DNA of 36,410 nucleotides. It comes from Phycisphaerae bacterium (lineage in GTDB: Bacteria; Planctomycetota; Phycisphaerae; SM23-33). Made by a program: the position numbers and the translations under genes. The stretch spans positions 1 to 36,410 of the forward strand of contig DASRZG010000048.1 in NCBI GenBank assembly GCA_035686585.1. Direction: 5' to 3'. Under the pieces are notes generated by a model. It had not been told where the DNA came from. It searched no databases and saw only the letters and a list, made by a program, of their open reading frames with translations. This document shows, piece after piece, positions 15,640 through 24,520 of the stretch; positions within the stretch are counted from its first letter, which is position 1, and each line of letters begins with the position of its first letter.

Positions 15640-18045
15640 ATGGCACGCTACGGACACTTCGACGACGACCGCCGCGAATACGTCATCACCCACCCGCTGC
15701 TGCCCCAGCCGTGGCACAACTACATGCGCAACGGCGAATACACCGGCCTGCTGACCCACACCGGCGGGGGGACGTCGTTCTGGAAGGAGCCGCTCCACCA
15801 CCGCCTGCTGAGGTACAAGTTCCACCTGACGCCCTATGACCGCCCGGGGCGGTACGTCTACATCCGCGACCAGGCCACCGGCAAGTACTGGTCCGCCACC
15901 TGGGCGCCCGTCCAGACGCCGCTGCGGCGCACCAGGTTCGAATGCCGCGTGGGCCTGGGCTACAACCGCATCACCACCCGCCACGCCGGCATCGAGGCCG
16001 AGATGCTCTACTTCGTCCCGCCGGCCGACGCGCTGGAGGTCTGGCAGCTCACCCTGACCAACCGCTCCAGCCGCCGGCGGAGGCTGCGGACCTTCTCCTA
16101 CGCCGAGTGGGCGGTGTGGGGGTTTATGCGCGACCTGCTCAACATCGACAACGCCGCCACGTGCAGCCGCTACCGCTACGAGGACGGCGTGTTCTGGCAC
16201 GAGACGCCCGACGACGTCGGCACGACGGTCGGCACGGCCACCTGGGTGTTCCCGGTGGGCTACTTCACCTCCAACGCCAAACCCGTCGGCTACGACGGCA
16301 GCCGGGACCACTTCCTGGGCCCCTGCCGCGACGAGAGCCGGCCCATCGCCGTCGAGACGGGCAAACCCTCCAACATCTGCGCCAACGGCCTGTACCCGCT
16401 CGGCGGCCTGGCCCACGACTGGGACCTGGCCCCCGGGGCCTCGCGGACCATCGTCTACCAGCTCGGCGCCGCCGACACCCGCCGGCCGCTCCGCCGGCGG
16501 ATCGCCAGGTACCGCGACCCCAAGACCGTCCAGGCCGCCTTCGCCAAACTCGCCCGCCGGTGGGACGAGCGACTGTCCGCCTTCCAGGCCCGCACGCCCG
16601 ACGGGCGGTTCGACACGGTCGTCAACACCTGGGCGCCGTACCAGGTGATCAACTTCATCTCCTCCGGCGTGGGCGTCTCGCCGGTGAGCTGGGGCGGCGG
16701 CGGCAGCATGGGCTTCCGCGACAACGGCCAGGCCGTGCTGTCGGCGGCCGTGCTGGACGCGCCGCTGGCGCGCCGGACCATCTGCACCCTCTCCCACGTG
16801 CAGCACCGCGACGGCACGCTGACCAAGAACTTCGCCCCGCCGAACTGGGACGGGGAGAGCGGCTTTCTCGACAACCAGGCGTGGTACCCCATCTTCGTCA
16901 ACGCCTACCTGAAGGAGACGGGCGAGATGGGCCTGCTGGAGGAGCAGTTCCCCTTCGTCCAGGCCTGCCCCGGCTGCGCCAGCGGCCCAGGGGGCGGCAT
17001 GCGGACGCTGCTGGACAAGATGGTGATCGCGATGGACGTCCTCTGGGCCCGCCGGGGCCCGCGCGGCCTGCCCGCGACCGGCCACGCCGACTGGAACGAC
17101 TGCCTCAACCCCCGCGACAAGAGCTCCGAGAGCGTCTTCAACGCCATGCTCTTCTGCGCCGGCTGCCGGGACCTGGAGGAGATTTTTGGCCAACTGGGCC
17201 GGGCGAGGGAGGCCCGGACGTGGGCGGGGCGCCGCAGGAAGATGGTCGCCGCCATCGAGGCCCACGCCTGGGACGGGGCGTGGTATCGCCGGATGTTCCT
17301 CGCCGACACGGGGCGGGTGCTGGGCAGCAGGAAGTCGGGCAAGTGGGGCCGGATCTTCCTCGAGCCGCAGGCCCTCGCCGGTTGGTGCGCCGCCGCCGAC
17401 CCGGTGCGGGCCCGCAGGGCGATGGACAGCGCCCGCCGCATCCTGGGCACGCCCTTCGGGCTGCGGATCCTCGACCCGCCCTGCCCGGCTTTCGATCCGC
17501 AGGTGGGCAGCCTGGGCATCCTGAACATGGGGTTCAAGGAGAACGGGGCGGTCTACAGCCACGTCAACGCCTGGTGCGTCTGCACCGAGGCCGCCCTGGG
17601 CCGGGGCGACCTGGCCTTCGAGACCTTCATGAACTTCCAGCCCATCATGCAGAACGACCGGGCGGAGGTCCGGGAGATCGAGCCGTACGCCCTCAGCGCC
17701 CAGGTCCAGGCCGCCCCCTTCCGCCAGCCCGGCCGCGGCAGGAACCCGTGGATCACCGGCTCGATCACCTGGTGCTGGGTGGCGGCGACGCAGTACATCC
17801 TGGGCATCCGCGCCGACTACGAGGGGCTGCGGATCGACCCGTGCATCCCCCGCCGCTGGGACGGCTTCACCGCCACCCGCCGCTTCCGCGGCGGCGTCTA
17901 CGAGATCACCGTCCGCAACCCCCACCGCCTGTGCAAGGGCGTCAGCCGCCTGCGGGTCAACGGCGAAGAGGTCCAAGGCTGCACCGCCCCCCTGCCGAAA
18001 CGGAAAGGCCAACGCATCCGCGTCGAGGCCGTGCTGGAGGCGTGA
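15640..18045 (+). CDS. GH94-type glycan phosphorylase (cellobiose/chitobiose/cellodextrin phosphorylase family)
   Basis: The N-terminus MARYGHFDDDRREYVITHPLLPQPWHNYM matches the conserved start of cellobiose phosphorylases (M.yG.FDD..rEYvIt.P.tP.PW.NY). The ~800-aa length is typical for the family. ATG 15640 has AGGAG 6 nt upstream; the track ORF starts at 15601. Confidence 0.8.
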   Translation: MARYGHFDDDRREYVITHPLLPQPWHNYMRNGEYTGLLTHTGGGTSFWKEPLHHRLLRYKFHLTPYDRPGRYVYIRDQATGKYWSATWAPVQTPLRRTRFECRVGLGYNRITTRHAGIEAEMLYFVPPADALEVWQLTLTNRSSRRRRLRTFSYAEWAVWGFMRDLLNIDNAATCSRYRYEDGVFWHETPDDVGTTVGTATWVFPVGYFTSNAKPVGYDGSRDHFLGPCRDESRPIAVETGKPSNICANGLYPLGGLAHDWDLAPGASRTIVYQLGAADTRRPLRRRIARYRDPKTVQAAFAKLARRWDERLSAFQARTPDGRFDTVVNTWAPYQVINFISSGVGVSPVSWGGGGSMGFRDNGQAVLSAAVLDAPLARRTICTLSHVQHRDGTLTKNFAPPNWDGESGFLDNQAWYPIFVNAYLKETGEMGLLEEQFPFVQACPGCASGPGGGMRTLLDKMVIAMDVLWARRGPRGLPATGHADWNDCLNPRDKSSESVFNAMLFCAGCRDLEEIFGQLGRAREARTWAGRRRKMVAAIEAHAWDGAWYRRMFLADTGRVLGSRKSGKWGRIFLEPQALAGWCAAADPVRARRAMDSARRILGTPFGLRILDPPCPAFDPQVGSLGILNMGFKENGAVYSHVNAWCVCTEAALGRGDLAFETFMNFQPIMQNDRAEVREIEPYALSAQVQAAPFRQPGRGRNPWITGSITWCWVAATQYILGIRADYEGLRIDPCIPRRWDGFTATRRFRGGVYEITVRNPHRLCKGVSRLRVNGEEVQGCTAPLPKRKGQRIRVEAVLEA

Positions 18046-18060
18046 AGGCCGGGTGGCACA

Positions 18061-18108
18061 CTCAAGCGCAGTGATCCGCGTGATGTCTCGCGGATCGCGG
18101 AGCTTGAG
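18061..18108 (+). terminator. two-tier hairpin just after the GH94 stop
   Basis: The outer stem is ctcaagc (18061-67) with gcttgag (18102-08). The inner stem is gatccgcg (18073-80) with cgcggatc (18089-96), with an 8-nt loop. There is no T-run. Confidence 0.4.
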
Positions 18109-18153
18109 GGTGGGAAAGATGGCTGGCCCTGCCCGGGCGCCCCCCCTTCCCTC

Positions 18154-18183
18154 ACCCTCAAGCCAAACGACGGCTTGAGGGTG
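18154..18183 (-). terminator. 12-bp hairpin overlapping the stop of the last dcw-cluster gene
   Basis: caccctcaagcc (18154-65) pairs with ggcttgagggtg (18172-83); the loop is aaacga. The stop codon of the 18158..18895 ORF lies inside the stem. There is no U-tract on the minus strand. Confidence 0.35.
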
Positions 18184-18895
18184 CCACCCGGGACGTCCCA
18201 TCCCGCTTCCCGACGACCGCCGCCAGCAGGGCGGCGACCAGGCCGACGGCGGGCCAGGCGAGCCAGGACCACCCCGGGCCGGGCAGCCAGGTGGCGGACG
18301 GCCGGGCCAGGCGGAACGCCCGCAGCACGGGGCTCAGGTCGGCCAGCCACGCCCAGCCGGGCGGGGAGTCGGCCAGCTCGGCTAGAAGATAGCAGGCGGC
18401 GGTCGTTCCGACCACCCCGATCACCGCGGCCAGCGCGGCCACACAGGCGGCGGCCCCGCCGGCCTGGAACAGCAGCCCCAGCCCCCACGCCGCCAGGGCG
18501 ACAGTGGTCAGGTGGGCCACCGACCGGATCACGTCGCCCGCGGCCGCATTGGACAGCCAGGCGGCGGTCACGTACAGGGGGACGGAGGCGACGAGCACCA
18601 GGGCGTACTCCCCGATCGTCTCGGCGAGGTACCGCCACAGCGCCCGGCCCGCCCTCGGCGCCAGCAACAGCGGGCAGAAGGCCAGGACGAACCCCGCCTG
18701 TGCGGCCAGCAGGACCGACAGCGCCGGCGGGGCGGGCATGGCCCGGCTGACGTGGGAGGGCAGGAACCACTCGGGGAACGACCCGGCGATCAGCGCCGCC
18801 AGGGACACCAGCAGCAGCGCCCAGTCCGCGCCCCGCCACAGCGGCGCAGGCCTGGCCGGCACGGCGTCCGGGTCATCTCTCGGGGTAGGTGACAT
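18158..18895 (-). CDS. polytopic membrane protein of unknown function (about 6 predicted TM helices), the last gene of the dcw operon
   Basis: Hydrophobic stretches include WALLLVSLAALIAGSF, LSVLLAAQAGFVLAFCPLLLA, YALVLVASVPLYVTAAWL, TTVALAAWGLGLLF, ACVAALAAVIGVVGTTAACYLLA and WLAWPAVGLVAALLAAVV. ATG 18895 overlaps the ftsQ-like stop (18873) by 23 nt, which suggests translational coupling. I recognised no family motif. Confidence 0.6.
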   Translation of the reverse strand: MSPTPRDDPDAVPARPAPLWRGADWALLLVSLAALIAGSFPEWFLPSHVSRAMPAPPALSVLLAAQAGFVLAFCPLLLAPRAGRALWRYLAETIGEYALVLVASVPLYVTAAWLSNAAAGDVIRSVAHLTTVALAAWGLGLLFQAGGAAACVAALAAVIGVVGTTAACYLLAELADSPPGWAWLADLSPVLRAFRLARPSATWLPGPGWSWLAWPAVGLVAALLAAVVGKRDGTSRVAPSSRRLA

Positions 18896-19820
18896 GGAGC
18901 TCGTCGAAGCGGAGGTCCAGGCTCGCGGCGGACGGGCCCGTCAGCCGCCGCCCGTTCTGCTGGTAGTACTGGTCGAGGTAGGCCATCCTCCGCTCGAGGC
19001 TGACGGCATAGTCGTCGCCGACGGGCAGCCGGCCGAAGATGATCTCGCACTTCGGCCCCCACCCCATCTGGGCGTCCACGGTGATCTCCGGCTTCCGCGG
19101 ATCCCTCCTGCCGTCGTGGTTCTGCACGTCGATGACGGTGATCTCGTCGACGTAGGGCTTGCTCCAGAACAGTTTGAGCACCTTCAGCCCGTCGGCGAGG
19201 TCGGAGGCCTCCCACACCTGGCCCGCGGCCGGGGGCTCCCCGGCGACGTTGTGGATCTGCTTGAAGGCCGCCACGTCCAGCAGGACGCCGTCGATCGTCG
19301 GCAGGACCACGCCGTCGATCGTGACGGGAATGAGCTGCATCGCCGGCTTGGCGGAGGAGCGAACGAGCGCCCGCGGCCTGTGGTACTGGGCATACACGGC
19401 CACGTCGCCGGTGGGACCCCGCACCACCCGGTCGACCTGGGCGATCCAGGGGTTGGCCGTCGCCTTAGCCCACACGTCGCGGGCGATGCCCTCCTCGAAG
19501 ACCGAGCGGGGATTGCCTTTGCCATCGAAACCGGCCGGCTGAATCTCGGAGGTGATCACGTACGTCAGCTCCCGCGGCATCCAGTCCGGCCTGTTGGCCA
19601 GCCGGATCCGCGCCAGGCGTTCCCGGCACGCCGGCGAGGCGTGAAGCCGGGCCTTCTGGCCGTACAGGGCGGCGAGCAGGGCGATTCCGATCGCGCCCGC
19701 CACGGCCGCTCGGACGATCCTCAGCGACAGCCCCCGCCCGTTCGAATCCGTCGAGCGGCGCCTGGGAGGCTTCTCGGGCGTCTGGGGCTCTTTGCCGTTT
19801 TTGGAGGTCTTCCTGGCCAC
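18873..19820 (-). CDS. ftsQ: FtsQ-like bitopic cell-division protein (assigned by position and architecture)
   Basis: It lies immediately downstream of ddl, the canonical ftsQ position. It has a basic N-tail (MARKTSKNGKEPQTPEKPPRRR), a single TM helix (IVRAAVAGAIGIALLAALYG) and a ~250-aa extracytoplasmic domain. The start is GTG. I could not verify a diagnostic sequence motif by eye. Confidence 0.5.
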   Translation of the reverse strand: MARKTSKNGKEPQTPEKPPRRRSTDSNGRGLSLRIVRAAVAGAIGIALLAALYGQKARLHASPACRERLARIRLANRPDWMPRELTYVITSEIQPAGFDGKGNPRSVFEEGIARDVWAKATANPWIAQVDRVVRGPTGDVAVYAQYHRPRALVRSSAKPAMQLIPVTIDGVVLPTIDGVLLDVAAFKQIHNVAGEPPAAGQVWEASDLADGLKVLKLFWSKPYVDEITVIDVQNHDGRRDPRKPEITVDAQMGWGPKCEIIFGRLPVGDDYAVSLERRMAYLDQYYQQNGRRLTGPSAASLDLRFDELHVTYPER

Positions 19821-19827
19821 GTCCGTG

Positions 19828-20808
19828 TCACCTCCCGGCCCGGTGCAGGGCCATCCGCACGAGGCGGTCGCACAATGTCGGGAAGTCCACCCCGGCCGCG
19901 GCGGCGGCCTTGGGGACCAGCGAGTGGCTGGTGAAGCCGGGGATGGTGTTGGTCTCCAGCACCCACGGCGTTCCGTCGGAGGTGAGGAGGAAGTCCGTCC
20001 GGCTCAGGTCGCGGCAGCCCAGGGCGGCGTGGGCCTTGGAGCCCGCCTCGCTGACGCACCGGGCCACGTCCGCCGGCAGGTCGGCGGGGACGATGTACTC
20101 GGTCGCGTCGTCGATGTACTTGGCCTGGTAGTCGTAGAATTCCCGTTCCGGGCGGATCTCGACGACGGGCAGGGCGCGGTCGCCGAGCACGCCGACGGTC
20201 AGCTCCCGCCCGGCGATGAAGCACTCGACCATCACCCGCCCGTACCGGTGGAGCAGGTCGGCGACGGCGGCGTCCCGGGCGGGCAGGTCGTGGGCGATGG
20301 TGATGTCCACGCTCGAGCCGGAGTCGACGGGCTTGACCACGCAGGGGGGGCTGAACCGGCGCAGGGACGCCCGCCAGTGATCGGCCGACTCGTCGGCCTC
20401 GACGACCGTCCAGTCGGGCGTCAGCAGCCCGGCCCGCTGATAGACGCGCTTGGCGTCGTTCTTGTCCATCGCCATCGCCGAGGCGTCCGGGCCCGAGCCG
20501 ACGTACGGCAGCCGCCGCCGCTCGCAGAGCCGCTGGACCTGCCCGTCCTCGCCAAACGGCCCGTGCAGGGCGATGAAGACCACGTCCACGCCCTCGCGGT
20601 CGAGGGCGGAGGTGTCGGCGGGGGTGATGTCGAGGGACTGGACGGCGTGCCCGGCCCGCACCAGCGCCTCGGCCACCGCGGCGCCGGAGGCGAGGCTCAC
20701 CTCGCGCTCGCTGCCGGGCCCGCCGGTCAGGACCGTGATCTCCAGCGGTCTGACCGCCGATCCGGCCGCCGCCGACGCCGCCCCGTCAACCGCCGTCCGT
20801 CCGTCCAT
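19828..20808 (-). CDS. ddl: D-alanine--D-alanine ligase
   Basis: LTGGPGSEREVSLASG and FIALHGPFGEDGQVQRLCERRRLPYVGSG are the typical Ddl N-domain motifs. An ATP-grasp C-terminus (VLETNTIPGFT) is present. The position between murB and ftsQ also fits. Confidence 0.9.
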   Translation of the reverse strand: MDGRTAVDGAASAAAGSAVRPLEITVLTGGPGSEREVSLASGAAVAEALVRAGHAVQSLDITPADTSALDREGVDVVFIALHGPFGEDGQVQRLCERRRLPYVGSGPDASAMAMDKNDAKRVYQRAGLLTPDWTVVEADESADHWRASLRRFSPPCVVKPVDSGSSVDITIAHDLPARDAAVADLLHRYGRVMVECFIAGRELTVGVLGDRALPVVEIRPEREFYDYQAKYIDDATEYIVPADLPADVARCVSEAGSKAHAALGCRDLSRTDFLLTSDGTPWVLETNTIPGFTSHSLVPKAAAAAGVDFPTLCDRLVRMALHRAGR

Positions 20809-20811
20809 GGC

Positions 20812-21690
20812 TCACCACACTTCGAGTTCCAGCTCCAGGTAGATCTCGTTCCGCTTGTAGACGGCCTCGCGAATCTCGTTGATCAGCTTCAGCACGTCCG
20901 ACGCGCGGGCGTTCGTGTCGGCGACGATGAAGTTGGCGTGCTTCTGGGAGACCTTCGCCCCGCCGATGGTCTTGCCCTTCAGGCCCGCCTTGTCGATCAG
21001 CGCCCCGGCCGAGACGCCGCGGGGGTTCTTGAACACGCACCCGGCGTTGCCGTGACCGAGGGGCTGGGTGTTCTTCTTGTAGATCCAGATCTGCTTGACC
21101 TGGTTGAGGATTCGGTGCGGGTCGTCCTCAGCCGCCCGGAGCTCGGCGTCGAGGATGACCTTGGCGGCGATGTTGGTGGAGCGGTAGCCGAAGGCCAGCT
21201 CGCCGCGCATGCGGGTGAAGGGCACGCCGTCGACGTCCATCAGCGTGACCGACTCGATCACGTTGCCGATGTCGCCGAACGCCCCGCCGGCGTTCATCCG
21301 GATCGCCCCGCCGACGGTGCCGGGGATGCCCGTCAGGCACTCCAGCCCGCTGACGCCGTCGCGGACGCAGCGCAGCACCAGCTTGCTCAGGTCGGCGGCG
21401 GCGCCGGCCTTGATCCGTTCCGGGCCCATCTCCACCCGGCCGAACTCCTCCCCCGCCAGCTTGATCACCGCCCCGAGGACGCCCGAGTCGTCCACCAGCA
21501 GGTTCGCCCCGCCCCCCAGGACGTGCACGGGCACCTCGTTGTCCTGGCAGCGGCGGAGGACCTCCGCGAGCTGCTCGATACTCGTCGGCTCGATGAGGTA
21601 CTGCGCCGGCCCGCCGATGCCCAGCCAGGTGTACGGGGCCAGGGGGACATCCCGCTTAACGATCTGTTCCAAGTCTTCGAACAATGTCAT
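20812..21690 (-). CDS. murB: UDP-N-acetylenolpyruvoylglucosamine reductase
   Basis: YTWLGIGGPAQYLIEP is the FAD-binding N-terminus, and NAGCVFKNP is the MurB signature. The gene overlaps the murC 3' end by 35 nt. Confidence 0.9.
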   Translation of the reverse strand: MTLFEDLEQIVKRDVPLAPYTWLGIGGPAQYLIEPTSIEQLAEVLRRCQDNEVPVHVLGGGANLLVDDSGVLGAVIKLAGEEFGRVEMGPERIKAGAAADLSKLVLRCVRDGVSGLECLTGIPGTVGGAIRMNAGGAFGDIGNVIESVTLMDVDGVPFTRMRGELAFGYRSTNIAAKVILDAELRAAEDDPHRILNQVKQIWIYKKNTQPLGHGNAGCVFKNPRGVSAGALIDKAGLKGKTIGGAKVSQKHANFIVADTNARASDVLKLINEIREAVYKRNEIYLELELEVW

Positions 21691-23098
21691 CGGCGACTTC
21701 CCAGATGTTTCCCGCGCCCATCGTGACCACCAGGTCGCCCGGCGTCAACGCCCCGGACAGGTGCTCGACGATGTCGGCGAATTCTTTCAGGTACACCGCC
21801 CTGCCGCCGCCCAGCCCGATCTGGGCGACCAGGTCGGCGGAGCTGATGTGGTCCCGCTCGCGCTCGCTGTCGCGGACGAAGTAGATGTCCGGCACGATCA
21901 CCTCGTCGGCCATGCTGAAGCTGCGGGCGAAGTCCTTCAGCAGGAACCGCGTCCGCGAATGCTGATGCGGCTGGAAGACGCACCACAGCCGCCGCGGGCG
22001 GTACTGGTCGCGGATCGCCCGCAGCGTCGCCTGGATCTCGGTGGGGTGGTGGGCGTAGTCGTCCAGGACGGTGATCCCGCCCGGCTGGCCCTTCAGCGTC
22101 ATCCGCCGGTGGGCGCCCTCGTACCCGCCCAGCCCGGCGGCGATCTGATCGCCCGTCAGGCCCGCGTGATGCAGCAGGGCCGCCGCCGCCAGGGCGTTGT
22201 ACACCTGGTGCAGCCCCGCCAGCTTCAGCTCCGCCCGGCAGAACTCCCTGCCGTCCAGCAGCACGTCGAAGGCGTATCGGCCTTGGCGGCTGTTGAGATT
22301 GGCCGCCAGCCACCGGCTGCGTGGGCTCAGGCCGAACGTCTGCACCTCGCAGGCGGGCTCGCGGACGGCCTTGATCGCCTCCCGGTCGTCGCCGTTGACC
22401 ACCAGCACCCCGTGCGGGGGCACCTTGGCCGCGAACGCCCGGAACGCCTCCACGATCGCCTCCAGGTCCTGGAAGCAGTCCAAGTGGTCGTCGTCGATGT
22501 TCAGGATCGCCGCCAGCGTCGGCTGGAGGTTCAGGAACGACCGGTCGTACTCGCACGCCTCCACCACGAAGTGCGGGCCCTCCCCCACCCCGCTGGGACC
22601 GCCCAACTGCCCCACCGTCGCGCCCACCACGTACGACGGGCTCTTGCCCGCCGACACCAGCGAATACGCCACCATGCCCGTCGTCGTGCTCTTGCCGTGC
22701 GTCCCGGCCACCGCCACGCCGCAGCGGTCGCTCATCAGCCTCCCCAGCATCTGGCTGTACTTGAGCACCTCGCAGCCCCGCGCCCGCGCGGCCAGCAGCT
22801 CCGGGTTCGATTCGTGAATGGCGGCCGAATGCACCACCAGGTCAAGCTGGTCCGGGAGATTCTCCGCCTGCTGGCCGACGTGAACGCGGGCGCCGGCCTC
22901 GGTGAGCCGGCCCAGGGCGGCCGAGGGGACGCTGTCCGAGCCGCTGATCACCGCCCCCCGGCCGATCAGCAGCTCCGCCAACGCCCGCATCCCGCAGCCG
23001 CCGATGCCGATCAGATGCACCGGCCGCCCGGCGTACGCGCAGCCGGCGCCGCCCACCTTGACGGATTGACCTTCCTCCCTGACCATCGGTTCGCCCAT
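21656..23098 (-). CDS. murC: UDP-N-acetylmuramate--L-alanine ligase
   Basis: HLIGIGGCGMRALAELL and the P-loop VAVAGTHGKSTTT are present. I prefer ATG 23098 (GGAGG 7 nt upstream) over the track's TTG at 23125. Confidence 0.9.
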   Translation of the reverse strand: MGEPMVREEGQSVKVGGAGCAYAGRPVHLIGIGGCGMRALAELLIGRGAVISGSDSVPSAALGRLTEAGARVHVGQQAENLPDQLDLVVHSAAIHESNPELLAARARGCEVLKYSQMLGRLMSDRCGVAVAGTHGKSTTTGMVAYSLVSAGKSPSYVVGATVGQLGGPSGVGEGPHFVVEACEYDRSFLNLQPTLAAILNIDDDHLDCFQDLEAIVEAFRAFAAKVPPHGVLVVNGDDREAIKAVREPACEVQTFGLSPRSRWLAANLNSRQGRYAFDVLLDGREFCRAELKLAGLHQVYNALAAAALLHHAGLTGDQIAAGLGGYEGAHRRMTLKGQPGGITVLDDYAHHPTEIQATLRAIRDQYRPRRLWCVFQPHQHSRTRFLLKDFARSFSMADEVIVPDIYFVRDSERERDHISSADLVAQIGLGGGRAVYLKEFADIVEHLSGALTPGDLVVTMGAGNIWEVADDIVRRLGTDR

Positions 23099-23220
23099 GG
23101 TATGACCTCCGTCGACAACAGTCAAACGCTGTCGCGGACGGGAAAAGGGAACTCCATTATTCTTATCGCCCGACGCGGGCGAATCCCTTTACCCGGACCG
23201 GGGCGAACCGGGAACCGGAA

Positions 23221-23282
23221 CGTTTAGCGGTCGTCGGTACGACGACCTCCAAGAAGGCGGTCGTTCCGACCGCCGCTAAACG
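23221..23282 (-). promoter_or_regulatory. long imperfect hairpin in the 195-220 nt murG-murC spacer
   Basis: cgtttagcgg (23221-30) pairs perfectly with ccgctaaacg (23273-82), and the inner stems are imperfect. The flanking sequence 23130-23220 is visibly less GC-rich (ggaaaagggaactccattattcttatcg). Confidence 0.3.
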
Positions 23283-23320
23283 ATGACCGGTACGCACGCG
23301 GTCGAATTCCTCGGGGCGCG

Positions 23321-24427
23321 TCATGGTCCCGCCATCCACCGCGCGATCTCCGCGGCGGCGTCCGCCCGCACCCTCCCGGCGGCCGCTTGCGACATCGCCT
23401 CCAACCTCGACGGATCGGCCATGATCGCCAGCAGGGACGCCCGCAGCAACACGGCGTTGGCGGCGGGGTCGGTCCGGTCCTCGACCACCTCGACCGCCCC
23501 GGCCTCGGCGGCCTCGGCCACGTTCAGGTACTGCTGGCGGTCGCGGTGGTAGGGATACGGCATGACCACCGCCGGGGTGCCGGTGGCGGCCAGCTCGCCG
23601 GCCGTCGACGCCCCGCCCCGGCACAGGGCCAGGTCGGCGGCGGCGAAGGCCAGGTCCATCCGGTCGCAGAAGCCCACCACGGCATGGCCGATGGCGGCGC
23701 CGGCCCATTGCTCCCGGACCTCGTCGAGCTTCTCGGGCCCGGCCACGTGCAGCACCTGCCACGAATCGGCCAGGGAACCCAGGTCCGCGGTCAGCGCGGC
23801 GACCGCCCGGTTGACGTTGGCGGCCCCTTGGCTTCCGGCCATGACCAGCAGCGTCCGGCGGTCGGCCCGCAGGCCAAAGGCCGCCCGGGCCTCGGACGGA
23901 TCTCCCGCCAGCAACTCCCGCCGGACCAGCGGACCGACGACGCGGACCTTTTTGGCACACTTGCCGTACGCTTGCGCGGTCCGGGCGTATTGGGCGAAGA
24001 TAACAAGTACCTTACGCGCCAGCAGGCGGTTGGCGATGCCGGGCACGGCGTCGATGCTGAGCAGGGCGGTGCGGATGCCCGCGCGGGCGGCGCGGACGGT
24101 CACGGGGGCGGCGGCGAATCCGCCAAGTCCCAGCACGGCCGCGGGTTGCAGGTCGCGCAGGAGGTCGCGGGCCAGCCGCCGCGACGCCCGCCAGGACCGC
24201 CCGAACCGCCACCACCCCGCCGGCCCCCGCGGCATGGGGCGGACGGGCTGGGCAACGATCGCATACGGATGCGGCGACAGCACCCGCCGGTCGATGGCCC
24301 GATCCGAGCAGGCGAAGACGACCCGCGCATCCGGCCGCAGCGCGGTCAGCTCCTCCGCCACCGCCACCGCCGGGCACAGGTGCCCGCCCGTCCCCCCGCC
24401 CGCAAAGATGTACACCGGTCCACTCAT
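23321..24427 (-). CDS. murG: undecaprenyl-PP-MurNAc-pentapeptide UDP-GlcNAc transferase
   Basis: The N-terminal IFAGGGTGGHLCPAVAVAEEL is the MurG G-loop. The position between ftsW and murC also fits. Confidence 0.9.
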   Translation of the reverse strand: MSGPVYIFAGGGTGGHLCPAVAVAEELTALRPDARVVFACSDRAIDRRVLSPHPYAIVAQPVRPMPRGPAGWWRFGRSWRASRRLARDLLRDLQPAAVLGLGGFAAAPVTVRAARAGIRTALLSIDAVPGIANRLLARKVLVIFAQYARTAQAYGKCAKKVRVVGPLVRRELLAGDPSEARAAFGLRADRRTLLVMAGSQGAANVNRAVAALTADLGSLADSWQVLHVAGPEKLDEVREQWAGAAIGHAVVGFCDRMDLAFAAADLALCRGGASTAGELAATGTPAVVMPYPYHRDRQQYLNVAEAAEAGAVEVVEDRTDPAANAVLLRASLLAIMADPSRLEAMSQAAAGRVRADAAAEIARWMAGP

Positions 24428-24520
24428 GCCGCCGTTCCTGTCTCACCGCGGAGGACGCGGAGGACGCGGAGGTTTTGCTTTGGTCCGTTTCTCCTCTGCG
24501 ATCTCCGCGCCCTCAGCGGT

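Noticed and set aside
15502-18201. 899-aa minus-strand ORF and 710-aa alternative plus frame (15942..18074) over the GH94 gene
   Set aside because: The 15640..18045 frame carries the recognisable GH94 N-terminus and normal composition. The others are Arg/Pro/Gly-rich shadow frames.
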